Positions 19,917 through 29,167 of a DNA stretch of 64,000 bases are shown one piece after another. Source of the stretch: Zoogloea sp. (lineage in GTDB: Bacteria; Pseudomonadota; Gammaproteobacteria; Burkholderiales; Rhodocyclaceae); the NCBI RefSeq assembly GCF_028689785.1, contig NZ_JAQVCN010000025.1, forward strand, positions 319-64,318. Reading direction: 5' to 3'. The position numbers and the translations under genes were made by a program. The notes under the pieces were generated by a model. It had not been told where the DNA came from, ran no database searches, and saw only the letters and a program-made list of their open reading frames with translations. Each line of letters starts with the position of its first letter. Position 1 is the stretch's first letter.

Positions 19917-20523
19917 TCGCGTCTTCATGCTGCCCCTGTGGATACGCCTGTGGCACTGGAGCAATGCCCTGGCGATCATCGTGCTGTCGATCACAGGCAT
20001 CAGCCTGCATTTTTCCGATCCCAGCCTGCCCTTGGTGGAGTTTTCCCTGGCGGCCCGCATCCACAACATAGCCGGCGTCTGCCTGGCGGTGCTCTATGCC
20101 GGGTTCGTGATCGGCAATATCGTCACCGGCAACTGGTGGCAGTACGTGCCCAAGCCACCTGGCATCATCAAGCGCTGCCTGCGCCAGATGCAGTTCTATG
20201 GTTCGGGCATCTTCAAAGGTGAGGCCGAGCCTTTCCCGCCGACTCCGGAAGTCAATTTCAACGCCCTGCAGGCCGTCACCTACTGGTCCATCATGTATCT
20301 GGTGATGCCGGTGGTGATCCTCAGCGGGCTGGTCTTCCTCTATCCCCAGTTCGCTCCGGCCACCCTGTTCGGCCTCGACGGCCTGCTGCCGGTGGCGCTG
20401 GTGCATTACCTGGGGGCGGCGGTGATCCTGCTGTTCATGGTCAGCCATATCTACCTCGGCACCATGGGGCCCAAGGTCAGCAGCCTGTTCAAGATGATGT
20501 TCACCGGCTGGTATGAGCATTGA
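19909..20523 (+). CDS. Di-heme cytochrome b (FdnI/HyaC-like, CbcB-like)
   Basis: Four TM helices; RLWHWSNA, ARIHNIAG, LVHYLGA, VSHIYLG; overlaps the upstream stop by 8 bp. Confidence 0.88.
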   Translation: MTNRVFMLPLWIRLWHWSNALAIIVLSITGISLHFSDPSLPLVEFSLAARIHNIAGVCLAVLYAGFVIGNIVTGNWWQYVPKPPGIIKRCLRQMQFYGSGIFKGEAEPFPPTPEVNFNALQAVTYWSIMYLVMPVVILSGLVFLYPQFAPATLFGLDGLLPVALVHYLGAAVILLFMVSHIYLGTMGPKVSSLFKMMFTGWYEH

Positions 20524-20575
20524 GCCACCGGCTCCGATTTACCCAACCTAAACACCATCCTCAAGGAGAGTTCAG

Positions 20576-20932
20576 ATGAGATTCACCCTGCAAGCCCTTG
20601 TCCTTGGCGGTCTGTGCAGTACCAGCCTGTTCCTGTCGGCCCAGGTCCACGCCCAGGCCGTTGATGCGGACGCCGCCCAGGCTCTGGCCAAAAAGGAGGG
20701 CTGCCTCAAGTGTCATGCCCTCGACAAGAAGAAGGAGGCCAAGTCCCTCACGGACATCTCCAAGTCGCTGAAAGGCAAGGCTGACGCCGAAGCCAAGCTT
20801 GTGCATCACCTGACCTCCGCCGAGATGGTCAAGTTCGATGACGGCAAGGAAGAAGAGCACAAAGTGCTGAAGACCAAGGACAAGGCCGCCATCAAGAATC
20901 TGACGGACTGGATTTTGTCCCTCGCCAAGTAG
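20576..20932 (+). CDS. mtoD: Monoheme periplasmic cytochrome c, MtoD-like
   Basis: CLKCH; KGKADAEAKLVHHLTS...KFDDGKEEEHK...IKNLTDWILSL closely follows my recollection of Sideroxydans MtoD, including the distal His. Confidence 0.75.
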   Translation: MRFTLQALVLGGLCSTSLFLSAQVHAQAVDADAAQALAKKEGCLKCHALDKKKEAKSLTDISKSLKGKADAEAKLVHHLTSAEMVKFDDGKEEEHKVLKTKDKAAIKNLTDWILSLAK

Positions 20933-21000
20933 TACCCGCAGGACAGGCCCCGACTTGCCGGGGCCTGGTGGAAACCGATAGCAGGATCAGGGAGAAAAAA

Positions 21001-21987
21001 ATGAAAGTCTTGCGACAGTTGTTTGCCTCGTGCCTCGTGCTCGGGGCCCTTGCCGGTTCGCCCGCCGCCCTCGCGGCCGATGCGCCGGCCGCCAGCGCAG
21101 CCAAGCCCCCCGCAAAGGATCTGGTCCTGAAGGGAGATGCCAAGTGCACCAGTTGCCATGACGAGTCTGATGAACCCAAGCTCCTGCACATCGGCAAGAC
21201 CAAGCACGGCACCCTGGCGGATGGCCGTACACCCAGCTGCACCAATTGCCACGGTGAGAGTGACCTGCACACCAACAACCCGCAGAAGCTCAAGGATCGC
21301 CCGGCCACTGACCGTAACTTCAGCAAGACTTCCCGGCTGACCGCCGAGGAAAAGAGCGCCGCCTGCACCACCTGCCACCAGGGTGGCAAGCACATGAACT
21401 GGAACACCAGCGCCCACGCCAACCGCGATGTGGGCTGCACCTCCTGTCACCAGGTGCATGTGGCGAAAGACAAGGTGCGCGACAAGCGTGCCCAGGCCGA
21501 GGTCTGCTACACCTGCCACAAGCAGCAGCGTGCGGAGACCAACAGGCCCTCGCATCACCCCATCCCGGAAGGCAAGATGACCTGCTCCGACTGCCACAAC
21601 GCCCACGGCTCCGCCGGGCCGAAGATGCTGGTCAAGGACACCACCAACGCCACCTGCTATACCTGCCATGCCGAAAAGCGCGGCCCCTTCGTGCATAACC
21701 ACCAGCCGGTCGTCGAGGACTGCGGCAACTGCCACAACCCCCACGGCACCACGGCTGAAGCCATGCTCAAGGCCCGCCAGCCCTTCCTCTGCCAGCAATG
21801 CCATGCCGACGCCTCCCATCCGGGCAACGTGCCGGCCATCCGCGCCAACATGCCCAATGCCGTCAGCAGCAACATCGGCCCGGGCTATGCCCAGGCACGC
21901 GGCTGCGCCAACTGCCACACCAATGTGCACGGCAGCAACAGCCCGAGCAATGCGACGTCCAGCGGACCCTTCCGCTTCTTCCGCTGA
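21001..21987 (+). CDS. mtoA: Decaheme c-type cytochrome, DmsE/MtrA/MtoA/PioA family
   Basis: Ten CXXCH motifs; HAEKRGPFVHNHQPVVEDCGNCHNPHG; CANCHTNVHGSNSPS; GGAG before ATG 21001. Confidence 0.93.
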   Translation: MKVLRQLFASCLVLGALAGSPAALAADAPAASAAKPPAKDLVLKGDAKCTSCHDESDEPKLLHIGKTKHGTLADGRTPSCTNCHGESDLHTNNPQKLKDRPATDRNFSKTSRLTAEEKSAACTTCHQGGKHMNWNTSAHANRDVGCTSCHQVHVAKDKVRDKRAQAEVCYTCHKQQRAETNRPSHHPIPEGKMTCSDCHNAHGSAGPKMLVKDTTNATCYTCHAEKRGPFVHNHQPVVEDCGNCHNPHGTTAEAMLKARQPFLCQQCHADASHPGNVPAIRANMPNAVSSNIGPGYAQARGCANCHTNVHGSNSPSNATSSGPFRFFR

Positions 21988-22002
21988 TCGAGGAGAGGGA
22001 TC

Positions 22003-24138
22003 ATGAGCACGCAATCCATTTTCAGGCCGACCATCCTTGCCATCGCGCTGGCGGCGGCCTTTCCGGCTGCCTCCGCCTGGGCTGATGACGAGATCTCCGA
22101 GCTGACCTCGCCCAACACGGCCGAGGCCGCCATCAATCTGCCCTACACCGACAAGATCAATCCCCTGTACCGGCAGTACGACGGGGTGAACAACGCGGGC
22201 ATCAATGCCAATGCCGATCTCGACTATGTGCGTCGCAAGGACGCCGAGTGGTTCCGCATCAACGCCCGTAACCTGGGCCTGCGCACCCAGGAGATGGGCA
22301 TCTCCTACGAGAAGCAGGGCGACTGGTCGATCAGCCTCGACTACAACCAGATTCCCCGCTACAGCCCCTACCAGGTGAGCACGGCAGTCAGCGGCGTGGG
22401 CAGCACGCGCATCGTCCAGCCCGACATCGCCAACACCGCGGCAGCAGCCAACAACGCCAACCTGTACGACGTCACCCTCAAGACCGAAAGGGAGATCACC
22501 ACCCTGGCGGCCAGCAAGTTCCTGATGCCAGGGCTCAAGCTCGGCTTCACCGTCAAGAACGAGGACAAGACGGGCACCCGCCTGAGCGGCGTGCGCGGCG
22601 TGACTGGCAGCGGGGCCACGCCGGCCAACATCTACAGCGCCTTCCTGTTTGCACCCGAGCCCATCAACCAGAACCACAAGCAGCTGGAAGCCACGGTGGA
22701 ATACACCACCGAGAAGTACCAGCTGGTTGCCGGCTACTACGGCAGCTTCCTGGGCACCAAGCAGAACGCCCTCACGGTGGTGCCTGGCACCAATACCGCG
22801 CTGGTGGCGGCCAACCTGTCACCCATCGCCCTGGCACCGGACAACTCCGTGCAGCAGTTCTACGTGACGGGCGCCTACAACTTGTCCAAGGATACCCGTG
22901 CCAATCTGAAGGTGGCCTGGTCCGAAGGGCGGCAGGATGACGCCTTCCTGGTGGGCCAACCCACCTTGGCCGGCATCGGCGGCAACCTGAATGCCAAGGT
23001 TCAGACCACCGAGGTCTATTCCGCTGTTACGTCCCGCCTGACCCGCGACCTGAAGCTGCTCGCGTCGTGGCGCTATGAAGACCGCCAGGACAAGACGCCG
23101 GTGCGCATCTTCGGCACATCCACCAGCAACGGCGTGACCACCAACTACTACAACAATCCCGAATCCCACACTGCCAACTGGGGCAAGCTTGAGGCCAGCT
23201 ACAGGCTGGGGGCGGGCTTCAACCTGACCGGCGGTTTCGACTACACCAACAAGAGCAGCAAGGAGTGGGAGCGTCACGATGTGTCCGAGCTGACCTCCCG
23301 CATTGCCGTTTCCCGCAGCATGGGTGAATCCATCAACGGTACCCTCAGCTTTGCCCACGCCGAGCGCAAGGGTTCTGAATGGAACAACGGCATTACGCCA
23401 CCCATCCTTCCGGTGTACCTGGCTGACCGCAACCGGGACCGTGTCCGCGGCATGCTCGACCTGGCAGCTACCGAAAACCTGAATCTCCAGTTTGCTTACG
23501 AGGCCTATTTCGAGGACTACAACAAGAGCAGCTACGGCCTCGACAAGGGGCAAGGGCAGATCTTTTCGGTGGATGGCAGCTACGCCATCAGCGACGTGTG
23601 GAAGCTCAATGCCTGGTACACCAAGCAGAACGGTGAAACCCGCCAGTACGCTCAGGGCGCGGTGTGTACCACCGGCAACAGCAGCAACTGCACGGTCAAT
23701 ACCTTCCGCACCGGTACGCTGGTGCAGTGGGATGCTAACCTCAAGCAGGACTCCGACCAGTTCGGCCTCGGCCTCAATGGCCGGATCAGTCGGGTGGACG
23801 TGGGCGCCCAGCTGTTGATCTATCAGGACGTGAACAAGCAGGAAGTGAGCAAGATGCCGACCACCACCTGCACCAACGCCAGCTGTTCGACCACGGGCAC
23901 GGTGGCGGCCGCCATGGGCATCCTGCCCGACACCAAGTACACCCAGAACACCCTCAAGCTGTTCGGCATCTATCCGGTGAGCAAGGCGACTCGCGTGCGT
24001 CTCGACTACATCTACGACATGCGCAAGATGGACGACTACACCTGGAGCAACTGGGTGTATGCCGATGGTACGCGGGTGTATGTGAAGCCGGAACAGACCA
24101 CCCAGGTGATCGGCCTGTCCCTGCTGCACTCCTTCTGA
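22003..24138 (+). CDS. mtoB: MtrB/PioB/MtoB outer-membrane beta-barrel (porin for the decaheme cytochrome)
   Basis: 711 aa, signal peptide, NLGLRTQE, PEPINQNH, LAPDNS, beta-strand pattern, C-terminal Phe; directly follows the decaheme gene. Confidence 0.9.
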   Translation: MSTQSIFRPTILAIALAAAFPAASAWADDEISELTSPNTAEAAINLPYTDKINPLYRQYDGVNNAGINANADLDYVRRKDAEWFRINARNLGLRTQEMGISYEKQGDWSISLDYNQIPRYSPYQVSTAVSGVGSTRIVQPDIANTAAAANNANLYDVTLKTEREITTLAASKFLMPGLKLGFTVKNEDKTGTRLSGVRGVTGSGATPANIYSAFLFAPEPINQNHKQLEATVEYTTEKYQLVAGYYGSFLGTKQNALTVVPGTNTALVAANLSPIALAPDNSVQQFYVTGAYNLSKDTRANLKVAWSEGRQDDAFLVGQPTLAGIGGNLNAKVQTTEVYSAVTSRLTRDLKLLASWRYEDRQDKTPVRIFGTSTSNGVTTNYYNNPESHTANWGKLEASYRLGAGFNLTGGFDYTNKSSKEWERHDVSELTSRIAVSRSMGESINGTLSFAHAERKGSEWNNGITPPILPVYLADRNRDRVRGMLDLAATENLNLQFAYEAYFEDYNKSSYGLDKGQGQIFSVDGSYAISDVWKLNAWYTKQNGETRQYAQGAVCTTGNSSNCTVNTFRTGTLVQWDANLKQDSDQFGLGLNGRISRVDVGAQLLIYQDVNKQEVSKMPTTTCTNASCSTTGTVAAAMGILPDTKYTQNTLKLFGIYPVSKATRVRLDYIYDMRKMDDYTWSNWVYADGTRVYVKPEQTTQVIGLSLLHSF

Positions 24139-24180
24139 GCGGAGTCGCCCCCCTCCGGGCGGCGGCTGCCGCCCACCATG

Positions 24181-24212
24181 CAAAAAGCCCCGGCCTAAAC
24201 CGGGGCTTTTTG
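24181..24212. terminator. Bidirectional terminator
   Basis: CAAAAAGCCCCGG-CCTAAA-CCGGGGCTTTTTG between convergent mtoB and ettA. Confidence 0.9.
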
Positions 24213-24251
24213 CTGGCCTGTGAGGTGCTACAGGCCCGGCGCTTCAGCGGA

Positions 24252-25916
24252 TCAGCGGCTGATCGGCTTGTAGCGGATGCGCTTCGGCTTGGCACCTTCC
24301 TCGCCCAGGCGCTTGCGCTTGTCTTCTTCGTACTCCTGGTAGTTACCAGCGAAGAAGGTCCATTGGGACTCGCCCTCGGCGGCCAGGATGTGGGTACAGA
24401 TCCGGTCCAGGAACCAGCGGTCGTGGGAGATGATCAGCGCACAGCCGGCAAACTCCAGAAGGGCGTCTTCCAGAGCCCGCAGGGTTTCCACGTCAAGGTC
24501 ATTGGACGGTTCATCGAGGAGCAGCACGTTGCCGCCGCTCATCAACGTCTTGGCCAGGTGCAGGCGGCCGCGTTCGCCACCCGACAGGTTGCCCACCAGC
24601 TTCTGCTGGTCGCCACCCTTGAAGTTGAAGCGGCCGATGTAGGCCCGGCTAGGCATCTCGAACTTGCCAATGGTCAGGATGTCTGCGCCGCCGGCCAGCT
24701 CGTCGAACACCGTCTTGGAGCCATCCAGGCAATCGCGGGACTGGTCCACGTAGGCGATCTTGACTGTGGGGCCGATCACCACGTCACCGGCGTCGGGCGT
24801 GTCCTGACCGGTGATCATCTTGAACAGGGTGGACTTACCGGCCCCGTTGGGGCCGATGATGCCGACGATGGCACCGGCCGGGATGCTGAAGTTCACCTTG
24901 TCCATCAGCAGCTTGTCGCCAAAGCCCTTGGAAACGTCGGTGAATTCGATGACCTTGTCCCCGAGGCGCTCGCCCACGGGGATGAAGATCTCCTGGGTTT
25001 CGTTGCGCTTCTGGTATTCGACCGAGGACATCTCCTCGTAGCGGGCGATACGGGCCTTGCTCTTGGCCTGGCGCGCCTTGGGGTTGGAGCGCACCCATTC
25101 CAGTTCCTGCTTCATGGCCTTGATGCGGGCGCCTTCCTGCTTGGCTTCCTGCTCCAGGCGGGCTTCCTTCTGTTCCAGCCAGCTGGAGTAATTGCCCTTC
25201 CAGGGGATGCCGTGGCCGCGGTCGAGTTCGAGAATCCACTCGGCGGCGTTGTCGAGGAAGTAGCGGTCGTGGGTGACGGCCACCACGGTGCCCGGGAAGC
25301 GCACCAGGAACTGTTCCAGCCATTCCACCGATTCGGCGTCCAGGTGGTTGGTGGGTTCGTCCAGCAGCAGCATGTCGGGGCGGGACAGCAGCAGCTTGCA
25401 CAGGGCCACGCGGCGCTTTTCACCACCGGACAGGGGGCCAACCTTGGCATCCCATGGAGGCAGGCGCAGGGCGTCGGCGGCAATTTCGAGCTGGGTTTCC
25501 AGATCGGCGCCGCTGGTGGCGATGATGTTCTCGTATTTGGCCTGCAGTTCGGCCAGCTTGTCGAAGTCGGCGTCCGGCTCGGCGTAGGCGGCGTACACCT
25601 CTTCGAGCTTCTGCTTGGCCTCCATCACTTCACCCAGGCCGGATTCCACTTCCTCGCGGACGGTTTTGGCCGGGTCGAGCTGGGGCTCCTGGGGCAGGTA
25701 GCCGATGGACATGTTGGGCTGCCACTGGACTTCGCCGTCGTATTCCTTCTCGACGCCGGCCATGATCTTGAGCACGGTGGACTTGCCCGCGCCGTTGAGG
25801 CCGAGCAGGCCGATCTTGGCTCCGGGGAAGAAGGACAGGGAGATGTCTTTGATGATCTGCCGCTTGGGCGGGACGACCTTGCTCACGCGGAGCATGGACA
25901 TGACGTATTGGGCCAT
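24252..25916 (-). CDS. ettA: Energy-dependent translational throttle ABC-F protein
   Basis: MAQYVMSMLRVSK, FFPGAKIGLLGLNGAGKS, two NBDs, WVRSNPKARQAKSKAR, RIRYKPISR. Confidence 0.97.
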   Translation of the reverse strand: MAQYVMSMLRVSKVVPPKRQIIKDISLSFFPGAKIGLLGLNGAGKSTVLKIMAGVEKEYDGEVQWQPNMSIGYLPQEPQLDPAKTVREEVESGLGEVMEAKQKLEEVYAAYAEPDADFDKLAELQAKYENIIATSGADLETQLEIAADALRLPPWDAKVGPLSGGEKRRVALCKLLLSRPDMLLLDEPTNHLDAESVEWLEQFLVRFPGTVVAVTHDRYFLDNAAEWILELDRGHGIPWKGNYSSWLEQKEARLEQEAKQEGARIKAMKQELEWVRSNPKARQAKSKARIARYEEMSSVEYQKRNETQEIFIPVGERLGDKVIEFTDVSKGFGDKLLMDKVNFSIPAGAIVGIIGPNGAGKSTLFKMITGQDTPDAGDVVIGPTVKIAYVDQSRDCLDGSKTVFDELAGGADILTIGKFEMPSRAYIGRFNFKGGDQQKLVGNLSGGERGRLHLAKTLMSGGNVLLLDEPSNDLDVETLRALEDALLEFAGCALIISHDRWFLDRICTHILAAEGESQWTFFAGNYQEYEEDKRKRLGEEGAKPKRIRYKPISR

Positions 25917-26035
25917 GGGGGAGAGTTCCAGTAGGGCAAAAATCGAAGGCGTGACTTTACCCGATTGCCCCCCGGGTCGGCATCTGAAAACCGCGGCTGC
26001 CCGGTGATGTCGGCGAGTGGACTGGGCGCTGGGGG

Positions 26036-26803
26036 TCAGTGGCCCTGGGTCAGGGCGGCGAGAACCTCGTCCTGCTCTTCCCGGGAGAGAAAGTAGGCGT
26101 ACAGGGAGCGTGCCCGGCACGAACCGCTGCCGCCGAGCAAGGCGACCTGCTTATCCACATGATGCATGTCCAGGTGTAGCAGCACCGCTGGCGCATTGTT
26201 GACCCGCGGACAGGCCTTCTCGCCACCGATCTCGGTAAAGCCGAGCATGCGCTTGTAGAAGCTGGCGTGGCGGGGGTGAACTTCGATGATCACGGCCGTT
26301 GCGCCATGGATCAGGCGGGAATGGATGTAGATCAGGTGGAAGAGGGCACCGAGCACTTCCTTGGTGTTGTGGTGGGTGTCCACGGCCAGGCGGGTGAGCT
26401 CGCACAGGCGGGCCTTACCCTGGCGGTAGTAGGCCAGCTCGTCCCCGTACAGGGTGTCGGCGAGGAGACCTTCCGGCCCGTCGAGGCGCAGGGTTATGGT
26501 GCCGAAGACCTTCTCGCCGCTGGAGGCGACCAGGGTGATGCAGTCGGGACGGATCTGCTGGTGGTGGGGCTCACCGGCATGGAGGCCGCGCCAGGCGTAG
26601 CGGCGTTCGATCAGCAGGCGCACGGCGTGGCCGTGGCTGTGGGGGTCGGCACATTGCACCAGGTAGGAGGTGGTGTTCGAGGAGGTAAAGCTCAGAGGAG
26701 CGGCGTTGCTGAAGGGGGAGGCGGTGAGTGGGTGGGTGGATGCAGGGGGCGTTACGTCGGGGCGCCAGTCTCGGGCGCCGTGGGCGGATTGGCGAGTTTT
26801 CAC
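26036..26803 (-). CDS. N-acyl amino acid synthase-like (FeeM-domain / GNAT) protein; start uncertain
   Basis: LIERRYAWRG, GTITLRLDGPEGLLAD, CELTRLAVD, IEVHPRHASFYKRMLGF, CPRVNNAPAVLLHL. Confidence 0.7.
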   Translation of the reverse strand: MKTRQSAHGARDWRPDVTPPASTHPLTASPFSNAAPLSFTSSNTTSYLVQCADPHSHGHAVRLLIERRYAWRGLHAGEPHHQQIRPDCITLVASSGEKVFGTITLRLDGPEGLLADTLYGDELAYYRQGKARLCELTRLAVDTHHNTKEVLGALFHLIYIHSRLIHGATAVIIEVHPRHASFYKRMLGFTEIGGEKACPRVNNAPAVLLHLDMHHVDKQVALLGGSGSCRARSLYAYFLSREEQDEVLAALTQGH

Positions 26804-26933
26804 GGGGCTTGGTGAGGCAGAAGAATGCGCCAGATTTGAGCATTTACAGGCACTTAAGTCACGATCTGCCTTGTAACCAATCATGTCCCTGATGAGCAGC
26901 CTATTGCCCCCTGATCCGCCGAAGAGCCAGTGT

Positions 26934-28670
26934 TTACGCCACAAACTGCAGGCGGGCCAGGCGTGCGTAAAGCCCGTCGGCGGCAATCAGATTTGCGTGA
27001 CTGCCTTGCTGGATAATGCGCCCTCCATCCATCACCACGATCCTGTCGGCCTTCTGCACGGTGGCCAGGCGGTGGGCGATGACCACCGTGGTGCGCTGAC
27101 GCATCAGGCCGTCGAGAGCCTGCTGGACCATGCGCTCGCTCTCTGCGTCGAGGGCCGAGGTGGCTTCGTCGAGGAGCAGCAGCGGCCGGTCGGCGAGAAT
27201 GGCCCGGGCGATGGCAATGCGTTGGCGCTGCCCCCCGGACAGGCGTACGCCGCGTTCGCCCAGGTCGGTGTCGTAGCCCTGGGGCAGACCGGTGATGAAC
27301 TCGTCGGCGAAAGCAGCGCGGCAGGCTGCCTGCACTTCGTCGAAGCTGGCATCGGGGCGGGCGTAGCGCACGTTGTCGGCTACGCTGGCGGCGAAGATCA
27401 CCGCCTCCTGGGACACTAAGGCGATGTGGCGGCGCAGAGTCAGCGGGTCGGCTGCGGCCAGGGGCACGCCGTCGATGGCGAGTTGGCCGGCCTCCGGGTC
27501 ATAGAAGCGCAGCAAGAGCTGGAAGACGGTGCTCTTGCCCGACCCGGAGGGGCCGACTAGCGCCACTGTCTCGCCGGGTTGCACCACCAGGCTGAAATCG
27601 TCGAGGGCGGGGGTGTCGGGCCGGGAGGGGTAGTGGAAGCGCACGCCGTCGATGGCGATGGCGCCCAGGGCCGGGGCCGGGAAGGGGCGAGGCTGGGCCG
27701 GAGCCTGGATCGCCGGCGCGGTGGCGAGGATCTCCATCAGCCGCTCGGTGGCGCCTGCCGCCCGCTGCAGCTCACCCCACACTTCCGACAGGGCACCGAT
27801 GCTGCCGGCCACGATGGCGGCGTAGAAGACGAAGGCCGACAGTTCGCCCGCCGTCAGGCGACCAGCCAGCACGTCATGCCCGCCCACCCACAGGATGAAG
27901 GCGATGGCGCCAAACACCAGCAACAACACCGCCGCCACCAGCTTGGCCCGGCTGGCGACACGCTGGCGGGCGGTGTCGAAGCTGCTTTCCACACGGCGTC
28001 CGAAATCCTGCCGGTCGGCATCCTCGTGGCCATAGGCCTGGACGATGCGGATCTCGTGGATGGTCTCGTCGATGCGGTTGCCCAGCTCGGCCACCCGGTC
28101 CTGGCTCTCCCGGGCCAGCTTGCGCACCTTGCGCCCGAACACCACGATGGGCGTGACCACCAGGGGCACGCCGGCCAGGGTCAGCAGAGTGAGCTTGATG
28201 CTGGTGGTAAACAGCATCACCAGCCCGCCCACCAGCAGCAGGACATTGCGCAGGGCGATGGACAGGCTGGAGCCCACCACGTTCTCGATCTGGGTAGTAT
28301 CGGAGGTGAGGCGCGAGATCACTTCACCGGTGCGACCGGCTTCGAACCAGGCCGGGGGCAGGCTCAGCAGATGGTCGAAGACCCGCCGCCGGATATCGGC
28401 GGTGACCCGCTCCCCCAGCCAGGAGACGTTGTAGAAACGCAGATAGGTGGCCACGGCGAGCAGCACGATAACGCCGAACATGGCCGCCAGGCTACGGTCC
28501 AGCCAGGCCGGGTCGCCTGCCGAGAAGCCCTTGTCGATCACCATGCGCAAGCCTTGGCCCACCGCCAGCATGGCCCCGGCAGCCAGTATGAGGGCGATGG
28601 CAGCGGTAATCACCCGCCGCCGGTAGGGCGCGAGGAGGTGGAGAAGGGCGCGGGCGGGATGGGTAGGCAT
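26934..28670 (-). CDS. ABCB-type half transporter (MsbA-related exporter, fused TMD + NBD)
   Basis: Six TM helices; [38 protein letters not shown]. Confidence 0.92.
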   Translation of the reverse strand: MPTHPARALLHLLAPYRRRVITAAIALILAAGAMLAVGQGLRMVIDKGFSAGDPAWLDRSLAAMFGVIVLLAVATYLRFYNVSWLGERVTADIRRRVFDHLLSLPPAWFEAGRTGEVISRLTSDTTQIENVVGSSLSIALRNVLLLVGGLVMLFTTSIKLTLLTLAGVPLVVTPIVVFGRKVRKLARESQDRVAELGNRIDETIHEIRIVQAYGHEDADRQDFGRRVESSFDTARQRVASRAKLVAAVLLLVFGAIAFILWVGGHDVLAGRLTAGELSAFVFYAAIVAGSIGALSEVWGELQRAAGATERLMEILATAPAIQAPAQPRPFPAPALGAIAIDGVRFHYPSRPDTPALDDFSLVVQPGETVALVGPSGSGKSTVFQLLLRFYDPEAGQLAIDGVPLAAADPLTLRRHIALVSQEAVIFAASVADNVRYARPDASFDEVQAACRAAFADEFITGLPQGYDTDLGERGVRLSGGQRQRIAIARAILADRPLLLLDEATSALDAESERMVQQALDGLMRQRTTVVIAHRLATVQKADRIVVMDGGRIIQQGSHANLIAADGLYARLARLQFVA

Positions 28671-28765
28671 GGGATGGCAGAGAAGATGGGAAGACGGGAT
28701 TCTATGTGCAACGCACAATTGGTCGGTAAGCTATGGCTCTTCAATAACTGAACAGTTCCGCTGAC

Positions 28766-29167
28766 ATGCTGCCCTCTTCCCCAATGACGGCAGGGGTGAC
28801 CCTGTTGATCGTCCTGTTGTTGTTTGCCACCGCCTTCGCCGTGGGCCGTGGGCGCCACAAGTATGGCGTTGCTGCGCCCGCCGTGACCGGCCACCCGGTT
28901 TTCGAGCGCTTGTACCGGGTGCAGATGAACACCCTTGAATGGGCCGTGATGACCTTGCCCTGCCTGTGGATTGCCGCCACTTACGTGAGTGATGTTGGCG
29001 CGGCAGGCCTGGGCCTGGTGTGGTGGCTCGGTCGCATCGCCTATGCCCTGGCTTACGCTGCCGATCCGGCGAAGCGGGCCCGTGGCTTCACCGTAGGGGC
29101 GCTGGCCTTTGGGGCCCTGGGGCTGATGGCCGGGGGCGGAGTGATCTGGCAGCTGATTGGAGCATGA
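28766..29167 (+). CDS. MAPEG family membrane protein
   Basis: FERLYRVQMNTLE, GRIAYALAY; four TM helices; start 28766 or 28784. Confidence 0.9.
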   Translation: MLPSSPMTAGVTLLIVLLLFATAFAVGRGRHKYGVAAPAVTGHPVFERLYRVQMNTLEWAVMTLPCLWIAATYVSDVGAAGLGLVWWLGRIAYALAYAADPAKRARGFTVGALAFGALGLMAGGGVIWQLIGA

